In this document: one piece after another, positions 34,268 to 46,074 of the stretch | Layout of the letters: every line of letters begins with the position of its first letter | How positions within the stretch are numbered: position 1 is the first letter of the stretch | From: an uncultured delta proteobacterium | GTDB lineage: Bacteria > Myxococcota_A > UBA9160 > SZUA-336 | Assembly: GCA_963704165.1 (NCBI GenBank) | Contig: CAVPHD010000011.1 | Span: 175,731 to 239,730 of the forward strand | Reading direction: 5' to 3' | Length of the DNA: 64,000 bases | Position numbers and translations under genes: made by a program | The notes under the pieces: model-generated | Database searches by the model: none | Told to the model about the DNA's origin: nothing | Seen by the model: only the letters and a program-made list of their open reading frames with translations

Positions 34268-35164
34268 ATGAAACCGGCCCCCTTCGACTACTTCGCCGCA
34301 TCGAGCGCGGACGAAGCCGTCGGCCTGCTCGCGAAGCACGGCGACGACGCGATGGTCCTCGCCGGGGGACAGAGCCTGCTTCCGCTTCTCAACCTCCGAC
34401 TCGCGCGTCCCGCGGTCCTGGTCGATGTGTCGAAGGTCGGCGAGCTCGACTACATCCGGGAGTCGGATCGCGGACTCGAGATCGGCGCGGTGACCTCCAA
34501 GCGAAACGTCGAGCACTCGGCGCTCGTGCGCGAGCGCCACCCGCTCCTGCACGCCACCACCTGCTTGATCGCCCACCCTCCGATTCGCAGCCGCGGAACC
34601 GTCGGAGGATCCCTCGTGCAGGCGGATCCCGCCGCCGAGTATCCCGCGCTCGCGGTGGCGCTCGACGCGGAGCTTCACGTCGCGAGCTCCGAGGGCGAAC
34701 GGACGATCGCCGCGGACGATTTCTTTCACGGCTTCCTGGCGACGGACCTCGCACCCGGCGAGCTGCTCAAGTCCGTGCTCTGGCCGAAGCTCGAGCCGGG
34801 CAGCGGCTGGTCGTGCCTGGAGTTCGCACGACGCCCGGGCGACTTCGCGCTGGCCGGAGTCGTGGTGACGGTGTCGCTCGACGACGGCGGCCGCTTCGCG
34901 GAGACACGCCTGGTTCCGTTCGGCGTCGGTGCTCGGCCCGTGCGCCTGCGAGATGCGGAGCAGACGCTGCTCGGCGAGGCGCCGGGCGACGCCGTCTACG
35001 AACGAGCGGCGGAACGGGCGGTCGCGTCGCTCGAGCCGCCGCATTCCGACGTCCACGCGTCCTCGGAGTACCGCCTGCACCTGATGCGCGTGCTCCTCGG
35101 TCGCGCGCTCACCGAGGCGAGCGCGCGTGCGCATCGTCAACGGGAGAACCCGCCGCGTGCCTGA
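34268..35164 (+). CDS. Molybdenum hydroxylase FAD subunit (CoxM-like)
   Basis: MKPAPFDY, LAGGQSLLP, RGTVGGSL..ADPAAE, RRPGDFAL. Confidence 0.92.
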   Translation: MKPAPFDYFAASSADEAVGLLAKHGDDAMVLAGGQSLLPLLNLRLARPAVLVDVSKVGELDYIRESDRGLEIGAVTSKRNVEHSALVRERHPLLHATTCLIAHPPIRSRGTVGGSLVQADPAAEYPALAVALDAELHVASSEGERTIAADDFFHGFLATDLAPGELLKSVLWPKLEPGSGWSCLEFARRPGDFALAGVVVTVSLDDGGRFAETRLVPFGVGARPVRLRDAEQTLLGEAPGDAVYERAAERAVASLEPPHSDVHASSEYRLHLMRVLLGRALTEASARAHRQRENPPRA

Positions 35165-35645
35165 TCGACACCCCATCCGCCTGAACGTGAACGGCCGCGC
35201 GCACGAAGGCAGCGCCGAAGCGCGAACCTCGCTCGCGGACTTCCTGCGGCACGAACTCGGACTGACGGGCACGCACGTCGGCTGCGAGCACGGCGTCTGC
35301 GGCGCGTGCACCGTCCTGCTCGACGGCATCCCGGTCCGCTCCTGTCTCACGCTCGCCGTGCAGGCCAGCGGGTCGAACGTCGCGACGGTCGAAGGACTCG
35401 CACCCGACGGAGAGCTTCACCCGATCCAGCGCGCGTTCATGCAGGAGCGGGGCCTGCAGTGCGGCTTCTGCACGCCCGGCTTCCTGATCGGCGTGCAAGA
35501 CCTGCTGCAGCGCAACTCCGATCCGAGCGACGACGAGATCAAGGAAGCGCTCGGCGGTCAGATCTGTCGCTGTACGGGGTACCAGTCGATCCTCGCGTCG
35601 GTGCGGAGAGCCGCGGCCATGCTGCGCCAGGCGAACGGGGCCTGA
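35157..35645 (+). CDS. Molybdenum hydroxylase 2Fe-2S subunit (CoxS-like)
   Basis: GCEHGVCGACTV, LQCGFCTPG, CRCTGY. Confidence 0.93.
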   Translation: MPDRHPIRLNVNGRAHEGSAEARTSLADFLRHELGLTGTHVGCEHGVCGACTVLLDGIPVRSCLTLAVQASGSNVATVEGLAPDGELHPIQRAFMQERGLQCGFCTPGFLIGVQDLLQRNSDPSDDEIKEALGGQICRCTGYQSILASVRRAAAMLRQANGA

Positions 35646-35648
35646 GCT

Positions 35649-38069
35649 TTGGCTGGCGAATTCCCCAAGGACCCGTCCGGTCTGCCGACCCGCAAGCTCC
35701 GCTTCGTCGGCCATCCGGTCGAGCGCGTCGAGGATCCGAAGCTGCTGACGGGGCGCACGCCGTTCATCGACGATCTCTCGCTGCCCGGAATGCTGCACTG
35801 CGCGATCCTGCGCAGCCCCTACGCGCACGCGCGCATCGCATCGGTCGATCTCGGCGAAGCCGAAAAACTTCCCGGCGTGGCCGCGGCCGTCTGCGGCGCG
35901 GATGCGCTGCGCTGGACGGAGCGCGCGCTGACCGTGCCCGCCGGATGGGGCACGCACTGCCTCGCCACCGATCGCGCGCGCTTTGCCGGTGAGCCCGTCG
36001 CCGCGGTGGCCGCCACGAGCCGGGCGCTGGCCGAGGACGCGATCGAGCGGATCCGTGTCGACTACGAGCCGCTTCCCGCCGTCGTGGACGCGCGCGAGGC
36101 GGCGAAGCCGGAAAGCACGCCGCTCTTCGAGGAACACGGACACAACGTCATGTTCCAGCGGGTCTTCCGCTGGGGAGACGTCGATCGCGTCTTCCAGGAG
36201 GCGGATCGCGTCGTCGAGGAATCGTTTCGTTGGCACCGCCTGGGCGCGAACCCGATGGAGACGTTCGGCGTCATCAGCCAGTGGGATCCGGTCGACGGAA
36301 GCCTGACCTGTCACGGCAGCTTCCAGTCCCAGTCCCAGATGGCGCTCGGCCGCGCGGCGTCGCTGCGCCTCCCGTCGCACAAGGTTCGCCTGATCAGCCA
36401 ACCGCACGGCGGCAGCTTCGGCGGCAAGGGGGGATTCCGCGGCACCGACATCAGCGCGCTCCTCTCGCGCAAGGCCGGCGGTCGGCCGGTGAAGTGGATC
36501 GAGGATCGCATCGAGTACATGTCCGGCGGCGCGAGCCAGTCCTGGGACCGACACTATACGGCGTCACTCGCGGTACGAAACGACGGCACCGTGACGGGAT
36601 TCCGCGTGAAGTTGCTCGACGACCTCGGCGCGACCGCCGAGGGGTTCGGGGCCGTCAGCGCCGCCAAACCCCTGAGCTCGTTCACGGGCTGCTACGCGAT
36701 TCCGGTGGCCGAGTACGACTTGACGATCGTCGCGACGAACAAGCTGCCCGGCAGTCCGTATCGCGGCATGGGACCGCCGCCGCACAACCTGGTGCTCGAG
36801 CAGCTGATGGACATCGCCGCGCGCGAGCTCGCGCTCGACCCCGCGGAGCTGCGCCGTCGCAACTTCATCGCGCCCGATCAATTTCCCTACACGATCGCGA
36901 GCGGAAACGAGTACGACAGCGGCAACTACGAGGCCGCCCTGAACGAGGTGCTCGAGCTTTCGGACTACCCCGCGTTGCGCGCGCGACAGGCGTCGGCACG
37001 CGCCGAGGGGCGGCTCGTCGGCATCGGAATCGTCAGCACGATCGAGCCCGGCGTCTTCGACTGGAACGCGTACTCGATCCTCGGGATGCCGAGCACGGGC
37101 GTACCCGAGGGCTGCACGGTCGCGATCGACATCCTCGGCAAGGTGCTCGTGCGCGTCGGCTTCGCGCTCGAAGGTCAGGGGCAGTACACGGTCGCGACCC
37201 AGCTCCTCGCGGACTACTTCGGCGTCGAGCTCGACGACGTCAAGGTGATTCCGCAGGACTCCCTTTCGGCGCCGCCCCACTTCGGTCCCGGCGGCAGCCG
37301 GCTCGGCGTGGCGCTGACGGGCGCGGTGCTCGGCGCCGCCAAACGACTCGAGCAGAAGCTCGCGATCGTCGCGGCGGCGTTGCTGCAGACCGAGCCCGAC
37401 GCGCTCGAGCTGATGGACGGATCGTTCCGGATCAAGGGCGCACCGGAGGCCGCGATTCCGCTCGCGCAGGTGGCCGGGACGATGCTCGCGCGAAGCGACC
37501 TGCTGCCTCCCGGCGTCGAGCCGAGTCCCGAGGCCACCTACGTATGGACCGCGCCCGGACGCACGCAAGCCGACGAGCTCGGGCGCGCCAAGAGCTATCT
37601 GACCGCGGCGAATGCGTGTCACGTCGTCGGGGTCGAGATCGATCGCGAGACCGGCCGCGTCGAGATCCTCGACTACTGCATCGCAGACGACTGCGGAACA
37701 CGACTGAATCCGGCGATCGTCGAGGGCATGATCCAAGGCGGTGTTGCCCAGGGCATCGGCGCGGCGCTGCTCGAGGAGTACCACTACGACGGGTCGGGCC
37801 AACCGCTGACCTCGACGCTGATGGACTATCTGCTGCCGACGATTCACGATGTGCCCGCGATGCGCATGCGCGCGATCGTGACGCCGTCCCCGTTCACGCC
37901 GCTCGGCGCGAAGGGCGTCGGCGAGGGAGCGATGCACACGACGCCCGCCGCGATTCTGTGCGCAATCAACGACGCGCTCGCACCGCTCGGGGTGCGCGCG
38001 ACCGAGATCCCGGCTTCCCCGGAGCGCCTCTGGCGACTCATGCACGGAGCCGGGCCGCGAACTCGCTAG
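35649..38069 (+). CDS. Xanthine dehydrogenase-family molybdopterin subunit (not a CO dehydrogenase)
   Basis: RSPYAHA, GGSFGGK, active-site loop PYRGMGPP, GAKGVGE; 806 aa. Confidence 0.9.
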   Translation: MAGEFPKDPSGLPTRKLRFVGHPVERVEDPKLLTGRTPFIDDLSLPGMLHCAILRSPYAHARIASVDLGEAEKLPGVAAAVCGADALRWTERALTVPAGWGTHCLATDRARFAGEPVAAVAATSRALAEDAIERIRVDYEPLPAVVDAREAAKPESTPLFEEHGHNVMFQRVFRWGDVDRVFQEADRVVEESFRWHRLGANPMETFGVISQWDPVDGSLTCHGSFQSQSQMALGRAASLRLPSHKVRLISQPHGGSFGGKGGFRGTDISALLSRKAGGRPVKWIEDRIEYMSGGASQSWDRHYTASLAVRNDGTVTGFRVKLLDDLGATAEGFGAVSAAKPLSSFTGCYAIPVAEYDLTIVATNKLPGSPYRGMGPPPHNLVLEQLMDIAARELALDPAELRRRNFIAPDQFPYTIASGNEYDSGNYEAALNEVLELSDYPALRARQASARAEGRLVGIGIVSTIEPGVFDWNAYSILGMPSTGVPEGCTVAIDILGKVLVRVGFALEGQGQYTVATQLLADYFGVELDDVKVIPQDSLSAPPHFGPGGSRLGVALTGAVLGAAKRLEQKLAIVAAALLQTEPDALELMDGSFRIKGAPEAAIPLAQVAGTMLARSDLLPPGVEPSPEATYVWTAPGRTQADELGRAKSYLTAANACHVVGVEIDRETGRVEILDYCIADDCGTRLNPAIVEGMIQGGVAQGIGAALLEEYHYDGSGQPLTSTLMDYLLPTIHDVPAMRMRAIVTPSPFTPLGAKGVGEGAMHTTPAAILCAINDALAPLGVRATEIPASPERLWRLMHGAGPRTR

Positions 38070-38087
38070 CAGAGAAGGAGCCACCCC

Positions 38088-39065
38088 ATGAAAGAAGCCG
38101 ATCACTTCGTCGCGCTCAGCGAATGCCACATGATGAATCCGCAGTCGATGGAGGAGATGGGGTACTACCCCGGCTTCACGCGCTGGTGGCAGAGCATCGA
38201 CGGTGTCATCCGCGCCTGGGCCGGGCGCGATCTGGCGGGCGGTGGCCACATGCCCGCGCCGATCGCGTCGGAGCTGGTCAAGTACATGGACGAAGCGCGC
38301 GTCGACGTGGCGTTCGCGCTTCGCGAGTCGATGATGGACATCAACGGCAACGTGATGCCGATGTCGACCAACGCGTTCATCCTGCAACAGATCGAGCCCT
38401 ACCGGGATCGGCTCTACCTGGAGTGCAACGTCGGACCGGTCATCCGGCGCGGCGTCGAGCACGCGATCTGGGAGCTCGAGTACCTCGTCAAGGAGCGAAA
38501 CGCCCGGCTCTGCAAGTTGTACGTCCCCGAAGACGAAGGGCCGCTCGACGACCGCCGCCTCTGGCCCTTCTACGAGAAGTGCTGCGAGCTCGACATCGCG
38601 GTGACGATCCACACCGGCATGTCCTACGTGGTTCCGCAGCCGAGCAAGCACACCCATCCGGGTCTGCTCGACGACGTGCTGCTCGCCTTCCCCGATCTCA
38701 AGGTGATCGCCTACCACATGGGCTGGCCCCATTCGGAGGAGCTGATCGGCCTGGCCGGCAAACACCGAAATCTGTACCTCAGCCTGTCGGGGATCATCGG
38801 CTGGTTCCAGCGCGCGCCGTATCGCGGGTATCACATGATCGGCGAAGCGATCCAGTGGGCGGGACCCGACCGCATCGTGATGGGCCTCGACCTGCCCTTC
38901 GACGACATCGGGCGCGTCGTCGACTGGGTGAGAACCCTCCAGATCCCCGAAGAGCTGCAGCAGAAGTGGGGATACGCGCCGATCACCGAGGACGACCGCG
39001 CGGGAATTCTCGGACGCACGCTCGCGAAGCTCGCCAAGATCGAGCCGACCAAGCGGGTCAAATGA
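38088..39065 (+). CDS. Amidohydrolase_2 family protein
   Basis: ECH, KLY, IHTG, FPDLKVIAYHMGWP, IVMGLDLP. Confidence 0.82.
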   Translation: MKEADHFVALSECHMMNPQSMEEMGYYPGFTRWWQSIDGVIRAWAGRDLAGGGHMPAPIASELVKYMDEARVDVAFALRESMMDINGNVMPMSTNAFILQQIEPYRDRLYLECNVGPVIRRGVEHAIWELEYLVKERNARLCKLYVPEDEGPLDDRRLWPFYEKCCELDIAVTIHTGMSYVVPQPSKHTHPGLLDDVLLAFPDLKVIAYHMGWPHSEELIGLAGKHRNLYLSLSGIIGWFQRAPYRGYHMIGEAIQWAGPDRIVMGLDLPFDDIGRVVDWVRTLQIPEELQQKWGYAPITEDDRAGILGRTLAKLAKIEPTKRVK

Positions 39066-39853
39066 GTCGCACGGTGAGCGCGGAGCTGCCCGAGACGATC
39101 TCACTCGAGCGACGGGGACGAATCGCCGTCATCACGATGAACCGTCCCGAGGCGATGAACGCCTACACCGTCGAGATGCTCGCGGGTCTCGAAGAGGCGT
39201 TCCGGATCTTCGATCGCGACGCCGACCTCTGGGTCGCCGTCCTGACCGGGGCCGGGTCGAAGAGCTTCTGTGCCGGAATGGACTTGAAGGACGCCGCGCC
39301 GCTCTTGACCTCGGGCGATTCGCTCGGGTACGACGACCCGACCAAGCGCCAGTTCTCGGACGTCTTCAAGCCGATCATCGCGGCGGTGAACGGGCTCTGC
39401 ATCGCGGGCGGGCTCGAGATGCTGCAGGGCACCGACCTGCGGATCGCGGCCGAGCACGCGAAGTTCGGACTCGGAGAGGTGCGCTGGGGCCTGGTTCCCG
39501 CCGGAGGCTCGCACATCCGACTGCCGCGGCAGATCCCCTGGGCCGTCGCGATGGAGCTCTTGCTCACCGGCGAGTCCCTCGACGCCCGGCGGGCGCTCGA
39601 GATCGGGCTCGTGAATCGCGTCGTTCCCGCGGATCAGGTCATGCCCGAGGCGCTCGCGCTCGCGGAGAAGATCTGCCGCAACGGTCCCCTCGCCGTACGC
39701 ACCGCCAAGGAGATCGCGGTGCGCGCGCTCGGCCAGGAGTCGGGATTCGTGCTCGAGAAGACGCTCGCCGCGCGCGTCTTCGCATCGGAGGACGCGCGCG
39801 AGGGACCCCGCGCCTTCGCCGAGAAACGCCCTCCCCGCTTCACCGGTCGCTAG
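39062..39853 (+). CDS. Enoyl-CoA hydratase/isomerase
   Basis: NRPEAMNA, FCAGMDL, KPIIAAVNG..IAGGLE, FGLGEVRWG. Confidence 0.92.
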   Translation: MSRTVSAELPETISLERRGRIAVITMNRPEAMNAYTVEMLAGLEEAFRIFDRDADLWVAVLTGAGSKSFCAGMDLKDAAPLLTSGDSLGYDDPTKRQFSDVFKPIIAAVNGLCIAGGLEMLQGTDLRIAAEHAKFGLGEVRWGLVPAGGSHIRLPRQIPWAVAMELLLTGESLDARRALEIGLVNRVVPADQVMPEALALAEKICRNGPLAVRTAKEIAVRALGQESGFVLEKTLAARVFASEDAREGPRAFAEKRPPRFTGR

Positions 39854-39871
39854 AACCGTCGAGCGAACGGA

Positions 39872-41094
39872 TCAGTAGATCACCTGATTGTCGATCTGCT
39901 CCCGGTAGCTCTCGTCGGAGAGGCCGAGCAGCTCGCGGAACACGTGATCGTTGTCGTGGCCGATCGCCGGGCCCGGCTCGATGCGCGCCTCCGTGCGGCT
40001 GGTCTTCACGTACGCACCGTAGATCGTCTCGGAGAAACCGAGCGGGTGGCGTACCTCGATGAAGGTGCCTCGCGCACGGTAGTGCGGATCGGAGAGCAGG
40101 TCGGCGACGTTGAGAACGGGAGCGGCGGCGACGCCGTGGCGCTGCAGCCGGGCGGCCAGCTCGCGGTCGTCGTGCCGGTCGTCCAGGCGGCCAGCCGCTC
40201 GTGCAGGTCGTCGAGATTCCGGACGCGCGCGGCCGTGGTCGCGAACTCCGGCGTGCCCGCCCAGGCCGGACCGCCCATCGCGTCGACGAGGCCCCGCCAC
40301 TCCGCATCGTCGAGGACCGCGATGCTGATCCAGCGATCCTCGCCCGCGCACGGGAATACACCGTGCGGCGCCGCCGCGCCGAGCGGATGGCGGTTCCCCA
40401 TCGGCCCGGCGACGCGCCCGTTCATCGCGTAGTCCATGAAGGCGGGACCGACCATCTGCATGACCGCCTCTTGCTGCGAGTAGTCGATGTGCTGGCCGTC
40501 GCCGGTGCGGCGCCGGTGGTGAAGCGCGGTGAGGATCGCGAACGCGCCGAGGATTCCGTTGTACGGATCGGAGAACGCGTTCTCGACCGGAATCGGCGGA
40601 CCGCCGAGATAGCCGGTCAGGCTGTCGAGCCCGGTCGTGCTCGTGAGGCTGAGACCGTAGGTGCGGATGTCCCTCAGCGGTCCGTCGAGACCCGCCGCCG
40701 GCATCGAGAACAGGACGATGTCCGGCCGCACCGCGCGCAGTCGCTCGTAGCCGAGTCCGAGCTCCTCCATGACGCCCGGGCCGAAGTTCTCGATCACGAC
40801 GTCGCACTTCGCGACCAGCTCGAGCGCGAGTCGGATCGCTTCGGGCTTCTTCAGGTTGAGCGTGACGCTGCCGTTGCCCGCCCAGCAGGCGTGATTCGAC
40901 AGGCTGCGGTTCGGGTCGCGGACGCCGTCGGCGAACGGCGGCAGCGTGCGGGTCATGTCGATGCGCGCGCGCGACTCGATCTTGTAGACCTCGGCGCCGA
41001 GGAAGGCGAGCGTCTGGCCGACGACCGGACCCGCCCAGACCCAGCCGAAGTTCGCGACGCGGATGCCGTCGAGCGGGAGCGCCTGCGCCCGCCA

Positions 41095-41095
<1 letters not shown>
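39872..41095 (-). CDS. Family III CoA transferase, frameshifted
   Basis: PLDGIRVANFGWVWAGP, IENFGPG, NAFSDPYNG, APHGVFPC. Confidence 0.83.
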
Positions 41096-42313
<1,218 letters not shown>

Positions 42314-42422
42314 GCGCGCTCCTCTCCGATCGATCGACGTTGAACGGCGACCGTGTTGATCTTATGATGGGCCGCCCGCGCCGAACAAGCGGCGCTCCCA
42401 ACGACGCGCTCGCCAGGGGGAT

Positions 42423-43538
42423 GTGACGTGGCCCAGAGATCCCTTGCGGACGAAGCTCTGCGACATGCTCGGGATCGAGTACCCGATCATCGCGTTCACC
42501 CACTGCAAGGACGTCGCCGTCGCGGTGATCAACGCCGGCGGCTTCGCCGTGCTCGGCGAGGCGATGCACACGCCGGACGAGATCGCGGCCGACATCAAGT
42601 GGATCCGCGAGCGCGTCGGCGGCAAGCCGTTCGGCATCGACCTGGTGCTGCCGGCCTCGGTCGCCGCTCGAGGGCGGCCTCGAGGAGCTGCGAGAGCAAG
42701 ATCCCCGAGAGCCACCGCGCCTTCGCGCGAGAGATCAAGAAGCGCCACGACGTGCCCGACGCCGAAGGGGCCGGTGGCGCTGCACCGGTGGGGCGGACTC
42801 AACCAGGCAGATGGCGCGCGCGCAGCTCGACGTGCTGCTCGACGAGCGCGTGCCGGTGTTCGCCTCGGGCCTCGGCAACCCGGCCTTCATCCTCGAGGCC
42901 GCGCACGCGCGCGGCATGAAGGTCTTCGGGCTGATCGGCAAGACGCGCCAGGCCGAGCGCGAGATCGAGGCCGGCGTCGACGCGATCATCGCCCAGGGCT
43001 ACGACGCCGCCGGCCACACCGGCACGATCGGCACGTTCTCGATCGTGCCCGAGGTCGCGGCGATCGCCGGCGACACGCCGGTGATCGCCGGCGGCGGCGT
43101 CACGACCGGCCGTCACCTCGCGGCGGCGCTCTGCCTCGGGCGCCTCGGGCGTCTGGACCGGCACGCTCTGGCTCGCGTCGCGCGAGTCCGACGCGGACAT
43201 GATCATCAAGGAGAAGCTGCTCGCGGCCACGGCCGAGGACACCATGTACTCGCGAAGCGTCTCGGGCATGACGATGCGCGTGCTGAAGTGCCCGTGGACC
43301 GAGGAGTGGGCGAAGCCCGAGGCGCCGCGCGCCGCTCTGCCGCGCCGTACCAGATGCTGCTGAGCGCCGACTACATCCAGGGCGCCAACGACCACCGCCG
43401 CGCAGGACCTGATGTACCGAGGCCGCGGGCCAGGGCGTCGGCTTCGTCACCACGATGAAGCCGGCGCGTCAGATCGTCTTCGACATGGTCGAGGAGGCGC
43501 TCGCCGCGTTCGAGGAGCGCCTCGGAGACGACGCGTGA
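42423..43538 (+). CDS. Nitronate monooxygenase / FabK-like flavoenzyme (enoyl-CoA reductase-like), frameshifted
   Basis: LGIEYPIIAFTHC, KPFGIDL, IIAQGYDAAGHTG, IAGGGV, GVWTGTLWL, AGQGVG. Confidence 0.8.
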
Positions 43539-43823
43539 GCGATTCGGACGCCGACGCCGAGCGGACGAAGCGCACGCGCTCCGGCACGGCTTCGACCGGA
43601 GCCGCGCGGGACGCGCGCCGAGTGCGACGGCGGAGGCGGCGTGCCGGGGACGCACTTCGCCGGGCGCGAGGAGTTCGCGGGCACGCTCACCGGCGATTAC
43701 GTCGATCACGGCGATCCCCCCTGGCGCTGGTATCTGCTGGCGGATCTCCGAGCGCAAGCCCGAGGGCTACCCGCACGACGCCGTCTGGTGTGAGTCCGGG
43801 AGCCTGTTCCTGAGCGATGAGCG
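43535..43823 (+). CDS. Small hypothetical protein broken by indels
   Basis: GTGA overlap with the upstream stop; reconstructed HFAGREEFAGTLTGDYVDHGDPPWRWYLLADL / RKPEGYPHDAVWCESGSLFL, with high-GC3 codons. Confidence 0.5.
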
Positions 43824-44650
43824 ATGCGTCGTCTGCGCGCAAGGAGGTGCTCGATCCCGACGCGGTGAACAACTACGCGCTCGCCGGGCGGCTCGACGAT
43901 CGGCGACGACGGCAAGACGCTGACGCAGACCGCGATCCCGCGTCTGATCAACGGCTTACGACGAGCAGGCGATCGAGGCCGCGCTGCGCATGCGCGACGC
44001 GGGGACGCCGTGCGCGATCCACGTCGTCTCGGTCGGTCGCGACGCCGTCGAACCTGCTGCAGCACGCCGCCGCGCTCGGCGCCGACGAGGTCGCCGCGAT
44101 CGCGCTCGATACGGCCGACGCCCGACTACCACGTGGTCGCGCGCGATCCTGGCCGCCTACGTGCGCGACGCAGCGGCGGCGCCGATCTGGTGCTCTGCGG
44201 CCGCCAGGCCTCGGACGACGACCAGGGCGTCGTGCCGGCGCTGATCGGCGAGGCGCTCGGCCTGCCCGGTCGTGACGATCGCGCGCCCGGTCGAGCTCGA
44301 TCGCGGCTCCGAGCCGCGCGGTGGCTCGCGTCATGCGCGTGACGCCCGACGGCGACGAGATCGTCGAGGTCGCGCTGCCCGGCGGTCGTCACGATCAGCA
44401 ACGAGCTCGGCACGCCGCGCTACCCGACGGCCGGCACGCAAGCTCGCCGCGCGCCGCGTGAAGCCGCGCGTGCGTGACGCTCGGCGGAGCTGTCGCTCTC
44501 GGAAGCCGACCTCGCTCCGGCCGTGACGCTGGTCCGGCAGTTCGTGCCCGAGGTGCAGGGACACTGCGAGTTCATCGAGGGCGGCAGCGCCGCGCCGAGC
44601 TCGCCGACCGGCTGATCGGGCGCCTGCGCGCCGACGGCGTGCTCCCGTGA
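43824..44650 (+). CDS. etfB: Electron transfer flavoprotein beta subunit, heavily frameshifted
   Basis: Fragments VVCAKEVLDP, INGYDEQAIEAAL, DLVLCGRQASDDDQG, PAVVTISNELGTPRYP. Confidence 0.75.
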
Positions 44651-45652
44651 GCGTCGTCGTGTGCAGCTGGGGCGGATCGAGCGCGGACGGGCTGCCCGCC
44701 GGCACGCGAGGAGCTGCTCGGACTCGCGGCGCGAGCTCGCCGCGGAGCTCGAGGCCGAGCTGCGTCTGGCTGGTGCTCGGCAGCCGCTCTCCGCTGCGCG
44801 CGCTCGACGTCGCCGCGAGCCGCGGCGTCGCGGCGTCGAGCGCGATCGATCGACGCCGGCGCTCGGCGCAGCTCGGGTGCGGACGTGTACGTCGAGGCGC
44901 TCGCGCAGTACTGGGCGCTGCGCACTCCGCGCGTCGGTGCTCTTCAGCCAGAGATTCGACGCGCGGCTCGATCGCACCGCGCCTGGCGGGGCGCTCGGAC
45001 GCTGCGGTCGTGATGAACGCGCTGTCGGTCGAGCCGTGCGGCGACGGAGGTCTCGACGTCACCGCCGCCGCCTACGGCGGCGACACGCGCGCCGTCTACC
45101 GCGTCGCCGCCGACGCGTCCCTGCCTGATCGCGCTGCCGGCGAGCGCGTTCGCGCGTCGATCGCCGCCCGAGCGGGGGCCCCGTCGCCGAAATCGCGCGA
45201 CGTACCCGTCGCGCTCGCGAACGTCGAGGAGCGGATTCGCGTGGTCGAGCGGCCGCGCGCCGAAGGGCCGCGCCTCGAGGACGCGGAGATCATCGTCGCG
45301 GGCGGACGCGGGCTCGGCTCGGTCGAGAACTACAAGTGGATCGAGGAGCTCGCGCGAGGCGCTCGGCGGCGTGCCCGCGGCGTCGCGACCGCTCGTCGAC
45401 GATGGCTGGGTCGACGCGTCGCGCCAGGTCGGGCTCACGGGGAAGATCACCCGGCCCTCGCTCTACGTCGCCGCCGGGATTTCGGGCGCCAGCCAGCACA
45501 TGGCCGGCTGCTCCGCGGCGAAGACGATCGTGGCGATCAACCGCGACCCCGACGCCGCGATCTTCCGCTACGCCCGCTACGGAATCGTCGGGGACTGTCT
45601 CGAGATCCTGCCCGGAGCTGATTCGCGCCGTCGAAGGAGCGAGCGACCGTGA
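44647..45652 (+). CDS. etfA: Electron transfer flavoprotein alpha subunit, heavily frameshifted
   Basis: [50 protein letters not shown]. Confidence 0.82.
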
Positions 45653-46070
45653 GCGAGCTCCGTCCCGGTCGCCGAGGGCCTTTTCGTGCAGACCGACGAC
45701 GGCGCGCGCCTGCTCGGCTCGTGCTGCCGCTCGTGCAAGGCGCCCTACTTCCCGCGTGCCACGATCTGCCGCAATCCCGACTGCGCCGGCAGCGACCTCG
45801 AAGACGCCCGCTTCGGCCCGCGCGGCACGCTCTGGAGCTGCGCCGTTCAGAACTACGCGCCGCCTCCGCCGGCGCAGGTACGACGAGCCGTACGTCCCCT
45901 ACGCGCTCGGCGTGGTCGATCTGCCCGACGGTCTGCGCGTGCTCGGACGGATGAGCACGGACGACCCGGGCTCACTGCGCGTCGGAAGCGACGTCGAGCT
46001 GGTGCTCGAGCCCCTCTGCACGAACGCGGACGGGAACCCGGTGATCAGCTGGAAGTTCCGGCCGCTGTGA
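45649..46070 (+). CDS. DUF35 Zn-ribbon/OB-fold protein, frameshifted
   Basis: [41 protein letters not shown]. Confidence 0.8.
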
Positions 46071-46074
46071 GGAG

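Noticed and set aside
34268..38069. Aerobic CO dehydrogenase (coxMSL, with coxG nearby)
   Set aside because: The active-site loop is PYRGMGPP, not AYxCSFR or AYRGAGR, and no coxDEF genes are present
36230..39853. 1207-aa ORF and many other long Arg/Ala/Pro-rich overlapping ORFs
   Set aside because: Shadow frames of high-GC genes; only the last 263 codons (the crotonase from 39062) look real
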